Positions 14,449-28,510 of a DNA stretch of 64,000 nucleotides are shown here, in pieces (position 1 is the first letter of the stretch; every line of letters starts with the position of its first letter). A model generated the notes under the pieces. The model worked only from the letters and a program-made list of their open reading frames with translations, did not search any database and was not told the origin of the DNA. The translations under genes and the position numbers were made by a program. Origin of the DNA: the human T2T-CHM13v2.0 reference genome, Homo sapiens; assembly GCF_009914755.1 (NCBI RefSeq), contig NC_060926.1, one strand, 5' to 3'.

Positions 14449-14625
14449 GAAACCTGAGTCTCTGCTTACTGTCTGCATAAGCTGCAGCAAGTTACTCAAT
14501 TTCTCTCTGTCCCCCAGTTTACTCATCTGGCAAATGGGTACAATGGTAATATACCTCCTTAAGAAGGCTGCTCGGCATAGCTCCTGGCACATGGTGAGCA
14601 TAGGTATCAGCTTCTGTTATTGCTA
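14425..14625 (+). mobile_element. MIR
   Basis: AGTCAGATGAC..TTTGAAACC...GCAAGTTACTCAATTTCTCT...CAGTTTACTCATCTGGCAAATGGG...CCTGGCACATGGTGAGCA. Confidence 0.8.
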
Positions 14626-15199
14626 TAGTGGGAGACCACATGGGTTTTGCCTGTGAACAGGACACTCCTGCCTTCTTGTCCCACTCAAGAGTTTGCTGCA
14701 GCAGAAAGGACTGAGATTCCGTGCCAGGGAGAACTTCCATCTGTAAACAGTTGATATGGCCCCTGGAGGCAGAGGTGTTGCCTTTGCATTGAACCAGAGC
14801 TGGTCCCCTGGCGAGGCTGCATGGAGGTGGCCGTGCGTGCAACAGAGGGCCCTGTGGCTGGTGCAGCTCCTGGCTGGGCGATCACTCCTCTCCTGTCCCT
14901 ATCCAATCAGCCGTGCCTAGAGCTGAGTTCTCACCTTTTGCCATCATTCCTGTGCAGTGGCCCCCAGGTGAGCAGCACAGGTCACAGGAGAGCAGAGGGA
15001 TTCTTTGGTGTCATCCATCTGATATGAGGTACTTCTCCCTGCAGGTTGGCCCGGCCAAGCACTGTGCTATTAGCTGTCTTTTACTGAGAGTCTAGGATGT
15101 TCCAGTCACACGACATGGAATATTTCTCATCTTCACAGCAACTCTGCAAGTAAGGATAATCACTCCCATTTCCTGGAAAATTACGTGATACTTAGTGAA

Positions 15200-15502
<303 letters not shown>

Positions 15503-16039
15503 GTACTTAGTGAATTTAAGCTACATGCCCAAGGTCGGACAGTTTGCAAGTACAGTACGGGTTCGCGGTAGGGGTTGGAATGAAAAATTATTAATATATG
15601 GTTCCAAAGCTTGGGTTCCTCATAATATTAAGGTAATTGACGTTAATGGAGCCATTGCTATGTGCATTGTTTTACTGAAATGTTTGCACCGACAATAGAA
15701 CAGTTGTTCTTTTATGGATGAGGACATTGTGGTGTAGGGGAGCTAAGACCAGACTTTCTTGGATTGTCTTCTTTAGTCTGGCTAGTATGCTTAAAGTGAC
15801 TGTGGAAGTCTGTTTTGCTCCAGTGGTAGCCCTCTGTTTACCTACCAGGGAGCCCCATAAGTCTTAGAATTCTACAGCCTGTCCTGGACTTCACACTCTA
15901 GGGCCCCACAGGCAACTGCCTCTGTCCCCCACTAGACCATTAATGCATTAAAAGTTGAGACTGTGCTTACTCACTTGGCATCTACACTGCCTTATGCATA
16001 GTAAACACTTAACAGTTGCTCTCTAAATGAAATTGGTCA

Positions 16040-16250
16040 CCATAATAATAGCTAACATTAACTGCTTACTGTATGTCTGTTCTGTAGACTATACCGTATG
16101 CATTCCCCTGTGTAATCCTCGAAACAATCTCATTTGACAGATGAAGAAACTGAGACCTGGAGAGGTGAAATGAACCTTTTCGGTGTCCCTAAGCAGCAAG
16201 TGGTAGAGTTGGAGACAAAAGAAAATTTTCTGCCTTTAAATCCTGTGCGT
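16040..16250 (-). mobile_element. MIR
   Basis: ATAATAATAGCTAACATT...TTTGACAGATGAAGAAACTGAGAC. Confidence 0.75.
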
Positions 16251-16716
16251 TTTTCTTTACAAGTGTCTACAGTACCCTCCTCACTAGAGCCTCCTTCTTT
16301 CCCCTTCCCCATGGTTTCTGGAGATGGTTTTTCCTAATCTCATTCTGCAAAAGACGTTTGCAGAATGCCCATCTTGGAGCAGGGCCACTGAGGCCATCAG
16401 GAACCCACCAACACGCTTTATTTCTTGCAAAGCAAGAGGCACTTTAAGGCCACAAGCCTGACCAGTCAACTTCAAAACAGCTGTCAACCTTTGCTTTCTA
16501 TCTTCATCCATCTTTGGGTTCTGAACCCATTCCTCTCACTTAGGTAGCTCCAGAGCCTTCAGAATTAGGGTTTTCACTCTGCCTTGCAAGAGGGTGATGG
16601 GTTTCCCTGGAGGCAGTTCAGTAACGTGCACCTATCTCTCCTCCTCTGCCATCCTTTCTTTTCCCATTCATCTACCTCCCTAGGCTGCAGGTGTCAGTTA
16701 GGTACCCTTGAAGGAT

Positions 16717-17201
16717 TGTAGTAGTGTCCTCTTGCTGCTATACCAAGTTACTCCAAAGTTAGTGAATTAAAACAGCACAAATTTATTCTTTTATAGTCCT
16801 GAAAGTCACAAGTCAGAAATGAGCCTTAGGAGGCTAAAGTCAGGATGTTGTAGGGCTGGTTTCTTCTGGAGGCTCCAGGGGAAAATCTATTCCTTGCCTC
16901 TTCCAGTTTCTAGCTGTTGGCACACCTTAGCTTCTTGGCTTATGGCTGCATCACTCCAATCTCTGCCTCTGTTTGTCATCACATCACCCTTTCCTTTCTC
17001 TATATGCAGTGCCTGCCTATCTTATCATAAGACCTATGTAATTATATCACTGGGCCCATTCAGATAATCCAGGACAATTTCCCCATCTCCAAATTCTTTG
17101 TTTACATCTGCACAGTCCCTTTTGCCATATAAGGTAATGTATTCACAGTTTCTAGGATTAGGACATGGACATCTTTGGGAGGCATTTTTCAATTGACCAC
17201 A
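16717..17201 (-). mobile_element. MaLR solo LTR (MLT1D-like)
   Basis: TGTAGTAG...TTAAAACAGCACAAATTTATT...GGACATCTTTGGGAGGC..ACCACA; TSD AGGAT/GGGAT. Confidence 0.85.
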
Positions 17202-17515
17202 GGGATGGTTTGTGCATCTAGAATTGCCTTCTTTCAACCTGCCTGTCCATTATACCAGTAAACAACAGCATGGACTCTGTAGCTGCAGCTGGACTGGCAC
17301 TCTATGTGCGGGCGTCATCTTGCTGACGTTTTACAACCTTTCCATGATGCTGGCACCATTACATTTGTTCCTGTCTTATAAAGAAGAAACTCTATAAACA
17401 CTGAGCATTTAAGCAACTTGCTTGAGGTCATACAAGGAGTAAGTCAAGGACCTGAGATTTGAACCCTGGTCTATTTGATTCCAAGATCATTCCGTTCAAT
17501 ATGACACTCTCCCTG

Positions 17516-18028
17516 TCATGGTAGCCAGGCTCCAATGACCCTGATCACTCTCCTATGGAGACCCTTCCCACACTCTATCAGGGTGGGTCAGTGTGATGAA
17601 TGGGATACCAGGAAAGTGATGGTGTGTGTCTTCTGAGGCTGGGTTGCAAAGACATTGTAGCTTTTGCCTTGTTTTCTTGGACACTTGCCCTGGGGTCTAG
17701 ATGCCATGCCCTAAGGACTTTCAAACAGCCCTGTGGAGGGGTTCACGTGGTGAGTCACTGAAGCCTCCTGCCAACAGCCATCACCCATGGGCCAATTGTG
17801 AGTGAACCATCTTGGAAAGTGGATCCCAGCTTAGTCAGGCCCTCAGGTGACTGCAGCCCCAGCTGCTATCTTGACTGTAACTTCATGAGAGACCCAGAGT
17901 CCAAACTACCCAACAAGTGCACTCCCAAATTTCTGACCCGTAGAATATGTGAGATAACAAGTGTTGATTTTCTTTTTAGTCACTAATTATTAAAGCAATT
18001 TGTTATTCACTCATAGAAGACTAATACA
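17516..18028 (+). mobile_element. MaLR solo LTR (MLT1F-like)
   Basis: CCTGTGGAGGGGTTCACGTGG..GCCTCCTGCCAACAGCC..TCAGGTGACTGCAGCCCC..TTGTTATTC..ACTAATACA. Confidence 0.85.
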
Positions 18029-20154
18029 AGGCTTAAGTTCCATAAGTCTGAACAGGTTTTGTTCTGGTTTGGCTGTGTCAAAGGAGGTGCTAGTCAGGCC
18101 TTGACCCTCTGAAGCCCACATTCCATTCCAGCTTTGCAGCCCTGGAATGGAGAACCTGACAATTCCAGAGCATTCCCCATTCCGGAGCCACTTCCCCCAG
18201 AGAACTTTTCATTTGTTACTCCCTCCTGCTCTAAAACCATCAATGGCTCCTTAATGCCCATGAATGACTCTCTATGGTGCAAACTCCTTAGTCTGGCATT
18301 TGCCCTTGCCCCCACACCGCCTTCACAGTCCTTCCAGTTGCATTTCTCATTGCTCCTTGGCAGACCCTTCAAGCCTGGTCAGACCAAGGTGCTCACTGCT
18401 GCCTGCCTCTCTTCTTTTTCCACTTGCAAGCACAGCTCTCCCTTAGTCGGCTGTCAATGAATGAACAAATACAGACTGAGGATCTGTTAGGTACCAGCAG
18501 CCAATGACGGATGCTTCTGCAGGCAACATCTCAATGTTCACCAAAAGCTATTTTTACAGATAAGGAAACTGAGGTTAAATGACTTTCCCAAAGTCCCAAG
18601 GGAAGCAAATGACATAGTCAGTCCTTGGGCCCTGCTTAACCTGTGGTTTTAAGTTATTTTTCTACTGCACCATATTGCATGTCACTTACACTTCTATGGA
18701 ATTTTACAGTTTGTAAAGCCTCTGATTGTTGTTAATTTTTATTGAGCCTCACAGCAGCCCAATGAGATAGATGGAGCAAGAGTTCCTCATCCCTTTTCAC
18801 AGATAATAAACCTGGCATGAGAAACAGGATTTGTTCTCATGGAGACAAGTATCAGAGCTAGCATTTCTAACCTAGATCTGTTTCCAGATCCACTGCTCTC
18901 CCTTCTGCCTTCTCTTTGTTCCTCTCCCTAAAGCTACCATAGATTCTTGCATATAATTGATACCCAGTACATATTTGTGGAGGACCAATTGTTTAATTTT
19001 TTTAATGTATTCTTCAATAAACAGTGCAAAAACGTCCAGGTGTCTAGAGAGTTGTTTAGGATGAATAACCGAAACTAACCTTAAGAAAGAACTTTAAAAA
19101 GAGTAGCAGGGAGGTATAAAGGCAGACTTCAGAAAAAACTTTACAACGGAAAGGACCACTGGTCACTGAAGTTTGAAAAAAGGAGGCTGTGGAATTAATG
19201 AGGCTGGGGAAGCTCCAAGAATGACCCACACTTGTCTGGGAGAAAGGTAGTGTTACTTATTCTTAGGGGCAGGGTGATGGTCAAAATGAGCCATGGAGGG
19301 CCCAGGTAGCCCAGCGTCCATGACTCAGCGATGGGGGTGTCATTGTTATCCTTGTTGCTGAAGCAGAGTGGGGAGATTGTGTCACTTTCTCTGTTGGGCA
19401 CTTCCTGTCCCTGAGGGCTGGCACTTCACTGATGAACAAGCTGCTCTAGAAGGAGGTTCTTTGAGGACCATGTCACACAGGTTCAGTCTCTTTGGGCTTG
19501 TGAGAGGCCCCACAGGTCACCTGCCCACACACCTGACCTTGCACACACCAGAATGCTGTAGTAGTCACTCAATACATATATGCTGAGGGACCAAGAGGAG
19601 TTTACATAAATGGATAGCAGTGGCTTTCCCCTGTCTCTGAAGGACTCTCAAAATATTTCACCCTGTCTTGGACACCAACTTCAGACTTGGCTGTCCTGTG
19701 TTGTCAGGGATTCCTTCTGCCCTCTAACCCCACTCCAGCTAAATCCAGTGGGCTCTTGTCCTATCCTCTGTGGACCTAGTCTAGGACTGGTGATCCCCAG
19801 CCCATGATCATCTTGATCTGGTGTCTAAAAGCACCTTTTCATGCAGATTCAGAATGAGTAAGCGATGAGAAGAGACTCAGGCACAGCACAGAAGGAGACC
19901 TGGGTGCAAGGTGCCCTCATGCACTGGGCTGTCTGTGCTTGAGTCCACCTTGGGGTCTGTGTAGGTGACTGGTGAGGGTAGGCGGCCCTTCCTAGGTCAC
20001 AGTCTGTGTGAACGGGCACCAAAACCTCCATCTGGGAGCCAGGGGATGTGGGTGAACTTAGGTCTGCTACACATAAGCTAGCAAAGGTGACATTGAACAA
20101 GTTCTTCCCACTCTGGGTCCCAAGATTCTCACCAAGAGTGAGGCAGATGGATTC

Positions 20155-20670
20155 CTTCATTCTGTCCTCAACAGTTGTTCCCTGAGTACCTACTATGTGC
20201 CAGGCACTTCAATGATTTAGCTTCTACAGTCACGGGGCACATTTAGAGCAGAGGCAGGCGAAAACCAAATAAAGCAGTGAGCAATAGGTAATGGATGTAA
20301 TATCAGATGAGATGAGTGTCACGAAGGTAAACTCGGCAGGTGAGTGGGGTGGGCCCACCTTAGAGAAGATGTCTCCCAAGAGGTGACATTTGGATAGAGA
20401 CTGAAGGAAAGGAGGGAGCAGGCCACACGTATATCTGGAGGAGTGGATCCTCATCAAAGGAACTGCAAATGCAAGGCCATTAGAAGGGAACCTGTTTGGT
20501 GTATTTGAGAAACAGCAAGGAGGCCAGGTGGGGACAGGGTGCAGAGAAGTAGCCAGGAGCTGGGGCCATGGTAAGGACCTTGGATTGTTTCCTAAGGGAC
20601 TGAGGATGCCATGAGAGCCATGAGAACAAGGGAGTGGCATGGTCTGGATTGTGTGTTAAAAGGATGAGTT
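20155..20670 (-). mobile_element. L2 (L2a-like) fragment
   Basis: TGAGTACCTACTATGTGCCAGGCAC...GAGGTGACATTTGGATAGAGACTGAAGGA...GAAACAGCAAGGAGGCCAG. Confidence 0.8.
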
Positions 20671-21189
20671 GATTCCCAAGTTCTACAGCTATAGCCTTCT
20701 TCCAGCTCAAGGCTAAGCAGATCTGGCTTAGTATGGGAGGCGGCAGGATAGTCCCAAAGCCAGGTCCTTCCCTACAGGCAGACTTTGCACACGGTGCCAG
20801 GATGGACTGTTGTAACCTGCCTGCTCACGTCTCATCCTGTCGCTGCAGGCAAGCCTCAGCTCAAGACCTCACTGGGGTGCAGGAATGCAGAGCTAGCTGA
20901 CAAATTGGCTGCGGCCCCCAAACCAGAAGCCCAGAGTAGCTGTCAGGTTAGGGTGTGGGATACTAACTTAGGAGTTAGATGTTGGATATCTCAACCACTC
21001 CCAAATGATAGATTCTTCCCTCTTTAAAAACTTGTTCCTCTTTTCTTCCCCTTTCCTTCTAATTCTCCCAGCCCCATCTTTATTTATTCTTCTGCTTAAT
21101 TTCCTTTTTTTCCCTTATGATCCATCCTCCAAGGATTGCATAGTATCTCCTAAAAGTCAGAAGTTTGTCAAGCAGAAACGAACAAGATT

Positions 21190-21490
21190 GGATTGGGTGC
21201 TGTGCCTCGCGCCTGTAATCCCAGCACTTTGGGAGGCCGAGGCAGATGGATCACTTGAGGTCAGGAGTTCGAGACCAGCCTGGCAACACAGTGAAACCCC
21301 GTCTCAAGTCCAAATACAAAAATTAGCTGGGCGTGGTGGTGGGCGCCTGTAGTCTGAACTACTCAGTAAGTTGAGGCAGGAGAATCGCTTGAACCGGGTA
21401 GGCAGAGGTTGCAGTGAGCCGAGATTGTGCCACTGCACTCCAGCACAGGCAACAGAGCAAGACTCCATCTCGGAAAAAAAAAAAAAAAAA
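21190..21490 (+). mobile_element. AluSx-like
   Basis: Full Alu with poly(A); TSD AGAAAC(G/T)AACAAGAT. Confidence 0.95.
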
Positions 21491-23129
21491 AGAAACTAAC
21501 AAGATGGGATCCCTGGCCCAAAGCTAAGACACCTGCATTGGGCCTCAAAACCAGGGACCTGTAGAGCCTGTGTTTGAAGCCACGCAGTGTGATTCCAGAG
21601 TCCTGCTTGGACACCTCCACCTTCTTGCCTCCCACACCTATGATACGGGACACACAAAGCACTGCAGGAACACAGAGGGGATAGCAGTGGCTCCAACCTG
21701 CAGAGGGTGGAGGGGTCTCTCAGGGAAGGCCCTGCAGAGGAGGGGGCACTTGAAATAGGTTTTGAAAAGTGAGAAGGATTTTGCCAGGCAGAGAAAAGAT
21801 ATGGCGGGGAGGAAGGCCCAGAGCAAGAAGGCTGGGAAAATCTATGGTGTGTTTGGGGAGCAACTAGTCACTGACTTAAATCAAATACAGAAATGACGAC
21901 TTCAGTGGAAAAATCAGACAAACTGGTGTTGTCTGACCCAATCCTGTAGTTTTTGTTTTGTTTTTAAGGAACTGCCAGTAAATAAACAGGATAAATACAG
22001 ATAATTTTCAGGTAACAAATGACATTAAATATTTATGTTATGTTCAGGTCAAAGGGTAAATAAAATGGGGGTTGGGAAGGGAAGGTTGGGGTCAGGAACA
22101 GAGAATTTCCTGTTTAGACAGAATGGTGTCTGGTCACTTGGCAACATTTGATCCCTGAGAGAAAAAAAAGCCTGGGAAGCCTGGTGGAAGGGACCCCAAA
22201 CGCTCCACTCTTTGGAAAACCACCTTGCAAGTCTTTTGTTCTCTTTCCTAGAAATGGTCCATTGTTAAGAGAATTAAGGTACACAAGGGATTTAAAAAGA
22301 AGAAATTCTGATTCATAATAATAATACCTGGTATTTACACCACACCTTTCTCCCAAGGAGCTCAGAATACCGTAGGGAGATGATGTCATTCATTCCTCTC
22401 AACCTCATCCCAGCTTTCCTTGTCCCCAAACCATTCTCTCCCATCCCAACCCAGAGACACCCCAGCTTCTGTGTCCAGGATGGATGTTCCAGGGGATCTG
22501 CTGGGATGTTAGGCTTTCAGGACTTGGGGACCAGGGCTCTGGTGTCTTTATTCTGCCTTCATCCCAGGCGCACAAAAGAACACTAGATGTCTATGTGTCG
22601 CTGTGGGAGGACCTCATGCGAATCATGCTAGAAATAAAGCAGTCTCTGCCTTTTCTAAAAATATCCAGAAAAGAAAACACCATGATCCTTTTTGAAAGTT
22701 TATCAGAGCCCAGTACCATGAAGAAATTCTTCCTGATACCTAACTCAAATTTCTTCAGCTGCAGTGGAGTCCTCTTGTTTTTGATCCTGTCTACCTTGGC
22801 ATAAAGGACAGGTATCTTATCCCCACCACTTCAAGGAGCCCATGGATCCTTCTCTGAACTGGCCAGTTTTTAAAGTTCATTGGTTGGATCCCCATCTTGC
22901 AAAGCTAGGCTTTTCTAAAGCTTATGGAGAGGAAGTTCTTGGATCCCAACTAGTAGAGGAGGAAGAGGTAGGTCAAGTATTATAGGAGAAATAAATCAAT
23001 TATGGCATGGCCTTTGTCCTGAAGGTGCTTTTGGGAGAGGGCAAAGTGCATATCTATGAAAAGCTAAACATCAACTTAAGGGTTAAATGTCTACGCAAGA
23101 CAGCCATGTGCCATATCACTAGGGAGGGT

Positions 23130-23380
23130 ATAATAATAATCATAGTAATAATAGCTAACTTTTACTAAGCACTTACTATATGCAAGGCCTGCTCTAAGTG
23201 CTTCATATTCATTAGTTTATTTCATCCCTATTTTTCTCTTCTGAGGTGGAACTATTATCTCATTTTACAGAGAAGGAAACTGAGTCGTAGAGATGTGGAA
23301 AAATTTGCCTAGGATCACAGGGTTAGTAAGTGCAAGATTTCACGAGGTCAACCCAGATAATTTAATACCAGAAGATGAAT
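23130..23380 (-). mobile_element. MIR
   Basis: AATAGCTAACTTTTACTAAGCACTTACTATATGC...CATTTTACAGAGAAGGAAACTGAG. Confidence 0.8.
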
Positions 23381-23395
23381 AATTAAATTGCAATA

Positions 23396-23824
<429 letters not shown>

Positions 23825-24356
23825 TCAACTTTAGTGGGACTAAACTCAATCTTTCAACTTATGTGTAGAAATACCTGGACAGTTCCAGAGGCAGAGTGCG
23901 GTGGAGAAAGCTGGGGGTAAGGGGTGGAGACTCAGGCCTGGCTCAGCCTCTGACTCACCGTGTGCCCGAAAACAAGCCACTTTCTCAGTGGGCTTTCTTC
24001 CTTCTGAAAAATGCAGTGGTGTTGGACTCGACCTCATAGATCATGTCCAGCTCTAAATGTTACACTTCTAATGCTTTTTGTGTAAATACTCACTATAAGG
24101 CACATGAATGGCTCAGCCCAGCTTGGTCCTTAGCACATCCTATGCCAAATGATCAAGGAACATGTATTGATGTGGTTGAATTGCTTTGGGAGTATGGAGG
24201 AGTGGGGGCTCCTTTGGGGGCTGGAGTGAGTGGACAGGACAGATTTTATGGAGGGAATGAGAACCGAGTGTGAATATGTAGTGGAAGTGGCTGAGGCCGC
24301 TGCATCCTGCCCTGGAGGTGTGCTAAGTTACTGCACTGACAGTCATCCTTAGTCAT

Positions 24357-25060
24357 TGTATCAGTTAGGATGTGTTCAATTGCAAGTAATAGAAAATTTC
24401 CCTGAAATTTGCTTAAACCAAGAAGGGGATGTTTTAGTTGGTAAAATCAAGAAGTCCGACTGAGTGGCAGCTGCTTTAGGTCCGGCTCCATCAGGACCAC
24501 AGCTCACTGTGATTCTCTGAGCTCTGTCCTCCTCTAAATGTTGATTGCATCCTCAGGCTGACTTGCCCCATGGCTGAAGATGGCAGCCTGCCGTGACCAT
24601 GGCTGCATGCTTCTTGTTCTTGTCCTCCCTTCTCCAACAGACCAAAGTCCTGTGCAGGACAGGCTACATAATTTGTGGGTTTAGTGTGAAAGGAAAATGT
24701 GGGACCCCTTGTTCAACAATTATTAAGAATTTCAAGAAGGCAAAACCAGAGTATTAAACCAACTCTGGGACCCAGTAAGTATGGGGCCTTGACCTCAAAG
24801 GTCACGTACCCATGAGGTTGGGGCTGGTCCTGAGCTTCACTCCCATTGGGCCAACTTGAACCCATCACTGTGATTCCCAGGGGAATGCCATGGGCTGCTT
24901 CACTTAAATTTGGATTATTGCTTATTCCTGGATCAACTTTTATGGTAAATTGAAAGGGATTATCTGACTGGTTTAGACCAATCGGGGCCTGTCTTTGGAG
25001 TTGGGGTGGGTCACACTCCACCCAACCTACAAGGTAAAGGAGGAGGGGCAGCTACCTGCT
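24357..25060 (-). mobile_element. Old MaLR LTR (MLT1K/L-like), interrupted by MER45A
   Basis: TGTATCAGTTAGGATG..TTGCAAGTAATAGAAAA..GCTTAAACCAAG; resumes after the MITE. Confidence 0.65.
24655..24831. mobile_element. MER45A-like hAT-Tip100 MITE
   Basis: CAGG..GGCTACATAATTTGTGGG...CCCCTTGTTCAACAATTATTAAGAATTTCAAG...ATTAAACCAA. Confidence 0.8.
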
Positions 25061-25418
25061 ATGTATCAGTGGTTCTGTGCATAGTTTCAGAATGGATGGA
25101 TCAGGCAGTATCTCCCTCTCAGAGGAGCATTTGAAGTGGGCTCCCATTCCCAGAAGCTTTGATGTTATTTTCTACTCCTTTCCTGTTGTCCAGAGTAAAT
25201 CACACTCCCCTCTAGTAAGCAGTAAAGAGCATAGGTTTCAGGCAGTGTGGTGTTATGGAAATAACTCTGAATTTGCTAAGAAGATTGGGATTCACCTCTC
25301 TCCACTTTGCTCCTTTCCAGACACACCATCTTAAACACTTGTCTTTATTTCTCCATTACTGTTTTCTTCTTTGAAGAAAAATAATGACTGCCTTTCTTAT
25401 TTCAGAGGGCTGATGTGA

Positions 25419-25786
<368 letters not shown>

Positions 25787-27649
25787 GACTGCTGCTATTT
25801 TAAAACGTGGGGAAATAGTGCCTGCTGGCTTTAACATTTTCACTGCTTATTTTCCAGTCTCCTTTAGATGTGAAGTGGGAAACAAAGGAATGGGAAGTGA
25901 AAGGAAAGATAAATTGGGCAGGGAAATTTGGGAAGGCCATGAAAAGGCTCTCGAGCTTTGAAAATTAGGAGAAAGATACTCAGTATTACAGCTGGAGAAT
26001 AGGATTTCCTATCCAAAACAATAGTTTTAAAGGAAAATCATCCCAGTTTTCTTTCTGACATGCAAAATCATCTCTTGGTGTTCCCCACTGGGTCTCTGCC
26101 CCATTGCCTCCCCATCCCATGATCACCCTCCTCCACTGCACCCCTCTCCCTCAAGTAGCTGTTCTTATCACCTCTCCAATCACTTCGCTGGTTTCTAGGC
26201 TCAGATGTCCTCTAGGCAAACTAGAAAGAACCACCAATCACTGGTCCTTGATAGTCAAGGATGGAGAGAATGGAACTAAGTTCCAACAGGTTCCCAGAGC
26301 TCAGGCCTCTTGTTTGTGCCTTCCTCCTCCCTGAGGTTTCAGTATCCATCATTCTTGACAGTTGCTTGCATGGGGAAGCCTTTTCCAAATCTGTACATCC
26401 CAGGTGCTCCAACAGGAGGGCAGCTTGCCTGCAGCATACAAACATGTCTAGATGTCTATCTTGACATATGCACCTGCACACTGAACACACATCTATACAT
26501 AAATTAGACATCACCCACTAAACCTGAAGTTGGTTATTCCAACCACTCACCCCACTGTGCCCTTACCACACCAAAAATGAAACAGCATGATTTCATACTA
26601 TCCCACACAGTAAAACACACTAACAATGACATCAAACCATTCAGGTTCTCCTGGAATGTTGATTCTTATAGGTCTAGAAAGAACAACTAAAGATATTCTG
26701 CAGCATATTCTTCTACTTTCAGTCAATGTTCCCTTGAAATAATCTGAGACAGGGGTTACCTAGGAGGAGGGGTTTCCTTAGGAGAAATCTCCTAAGGAAA
26801 TTACCATAGGAGACTTTGAGCATCCTTGGGTCCCCTGTTGTAGCACTTTGCATTCTGAGTTTGGTAAAGCTTCATAATTATAAGGGGCACCTGTGTATTG
26901 GGGTCTAGTGTGTGGCATAGAGAAGTAAGGACCCTATTTCAACAAGGTTACTGAGTGCTGTGCTGGCAGAAGTCCAGGAGGTGCTGGGAAAACCAAGGAG
27001 GGCACCTAACCCTCGCTATGGGGTTTAGGAAAGGCTTCCTCAAGGACACAATATCTGGAAAGAACCTAAAGGTGAATTAGAATTAACCAGATGTGCATGG
27101 GAGTGGTGGCCAGTTCTGGTGGTCTCTTTCTGTCATGATCTTATTTGCTAGTTTATTGTCTGGAATGCCCTCACTTCCTGCTAGAATAAGTGGCACGGTA
27201 AGAGCAGAGCTTGTCTGTCTGTTCACTACTGTAGCCTCAGGAAGAAAGTCCAGCACATGGTGATGCTAAAAACGTTCTGCACAAACATGTCCTGAACCAG
27301 GGTCACCTCGCCCAGACCCTTTCCAAGAGGACCTGCTAGGTGTCCTGCCTCAGCCCTCTCTGCTTCATGCCTTCTGCTCCAGCCACACTGGGTGCCAGTG
27401 GTTCTCCAAAAACTCCCAGCTATTGCAGAACCTGGGCCTTTGTACATGAGGTCTGTAGAGCTCTCCCTTTCCTCTTCTGGCTGACCAGCCTCTGTCATCT
27501 TTCACGGCTTATGCGTTGGGTTCCCTGTCAACTCCTCTGCACACCTGGTCTGACCCTGTCCCCTCCCCTCCTCTGCCAGGTTGAGTCCAGCTCCCCTCTT
27601 CCTGCCCGCAGAGAACCCTCTTCTGCCTGCTGTAGTGGTACTTCTTGCC

Positions 27650-27829
27650 AAGGTTGCTAGATTTAACAAATACAAATACAGGACGTCCAGTTAAGTTTGA
27701 TATTTAGATAACCAACAATTTTTAAAAAATATATCCTATGCACTATTTGGGACATACTTGTATTACAAATTATTCCTTATCTGAAATTCAGATTTAATTG
27801 GGTGTCCTGCATTTTATCTGACAATCCTA
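27650..27829. mobile_element. MER53 palindromic MITE
   Basis: AGGTTGCTAGAT..AAATACAGGACGTCCAGTTAAG...TTAATTGGGTGTCCTGCATTTTATCTGACAATCCT. Confidence 0.85.
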
Positions 27830-28269
27830 CTTTCCACACTGTTTTATCCAACGTTTTGCCATTTCTCCCCTTTCACATCACTGCAAAACATTTCTTTTCC
27901 TGTCTCTCCACTGAGTGTGCGGTCCCCTGCTGTCCCATAGGCTCCCTGTCTGTCACCTATGGCGTTAGCCTCTCCAGCACTCCAGCAGCCCCTGTGGGAG
28001 TCCAGGTGGCCTGTGGGCCCCCTGCCACTGTTCTCTGCAGGCTCCTCACCAGGAGCTATGAGAGACATAGCTGGGTTTTGGGGTGGGGGTGAGGTGTGGT
28101 CTGCAGAGAGGAAAAGGACTCTTTCTTCGGGCTTATCATTGGGGTTGATTTTTCCTTCCTGCCTCCTCCCTTCCATCATCTCCTCCAAACTCTGGAACTT
28201 TGAGAATGAGCAGGAGCTCCATTGTTGGCACAGGGCTGGGCGAGGGCTGGTCTGTAAGATGACAATGAC

Positions 28270-28510
28270 GTCTGCTCTGACTACCACTGCTACTCACGTT
28301 ATTGGGTGCATCTTAGGTTTTTGCTTTGGAAAATTATCTCACTTAATCCCCATAAGGAACTTATGAGGTAGATACTATAATTACGCCCATAATACAGATG
28401 AGGAAATTGAACTTAGAAAGGTTAAGTTTTTGGTCCAAGTTACACAGCTGTGAATCAGAGTGTGGTGGGACTTGAGCTCCATGATCTCTGCTAGAGCCCA
28501 CCCTGTCCAT
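28270..28510 (-). mobile_element. MIR
   Basis: TATGAGGTAGATACTATAATTACGCCCAT..ACAGATGAGGAAATTGA..CCAAGTTACACAGCT. Confidence 0.8.
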
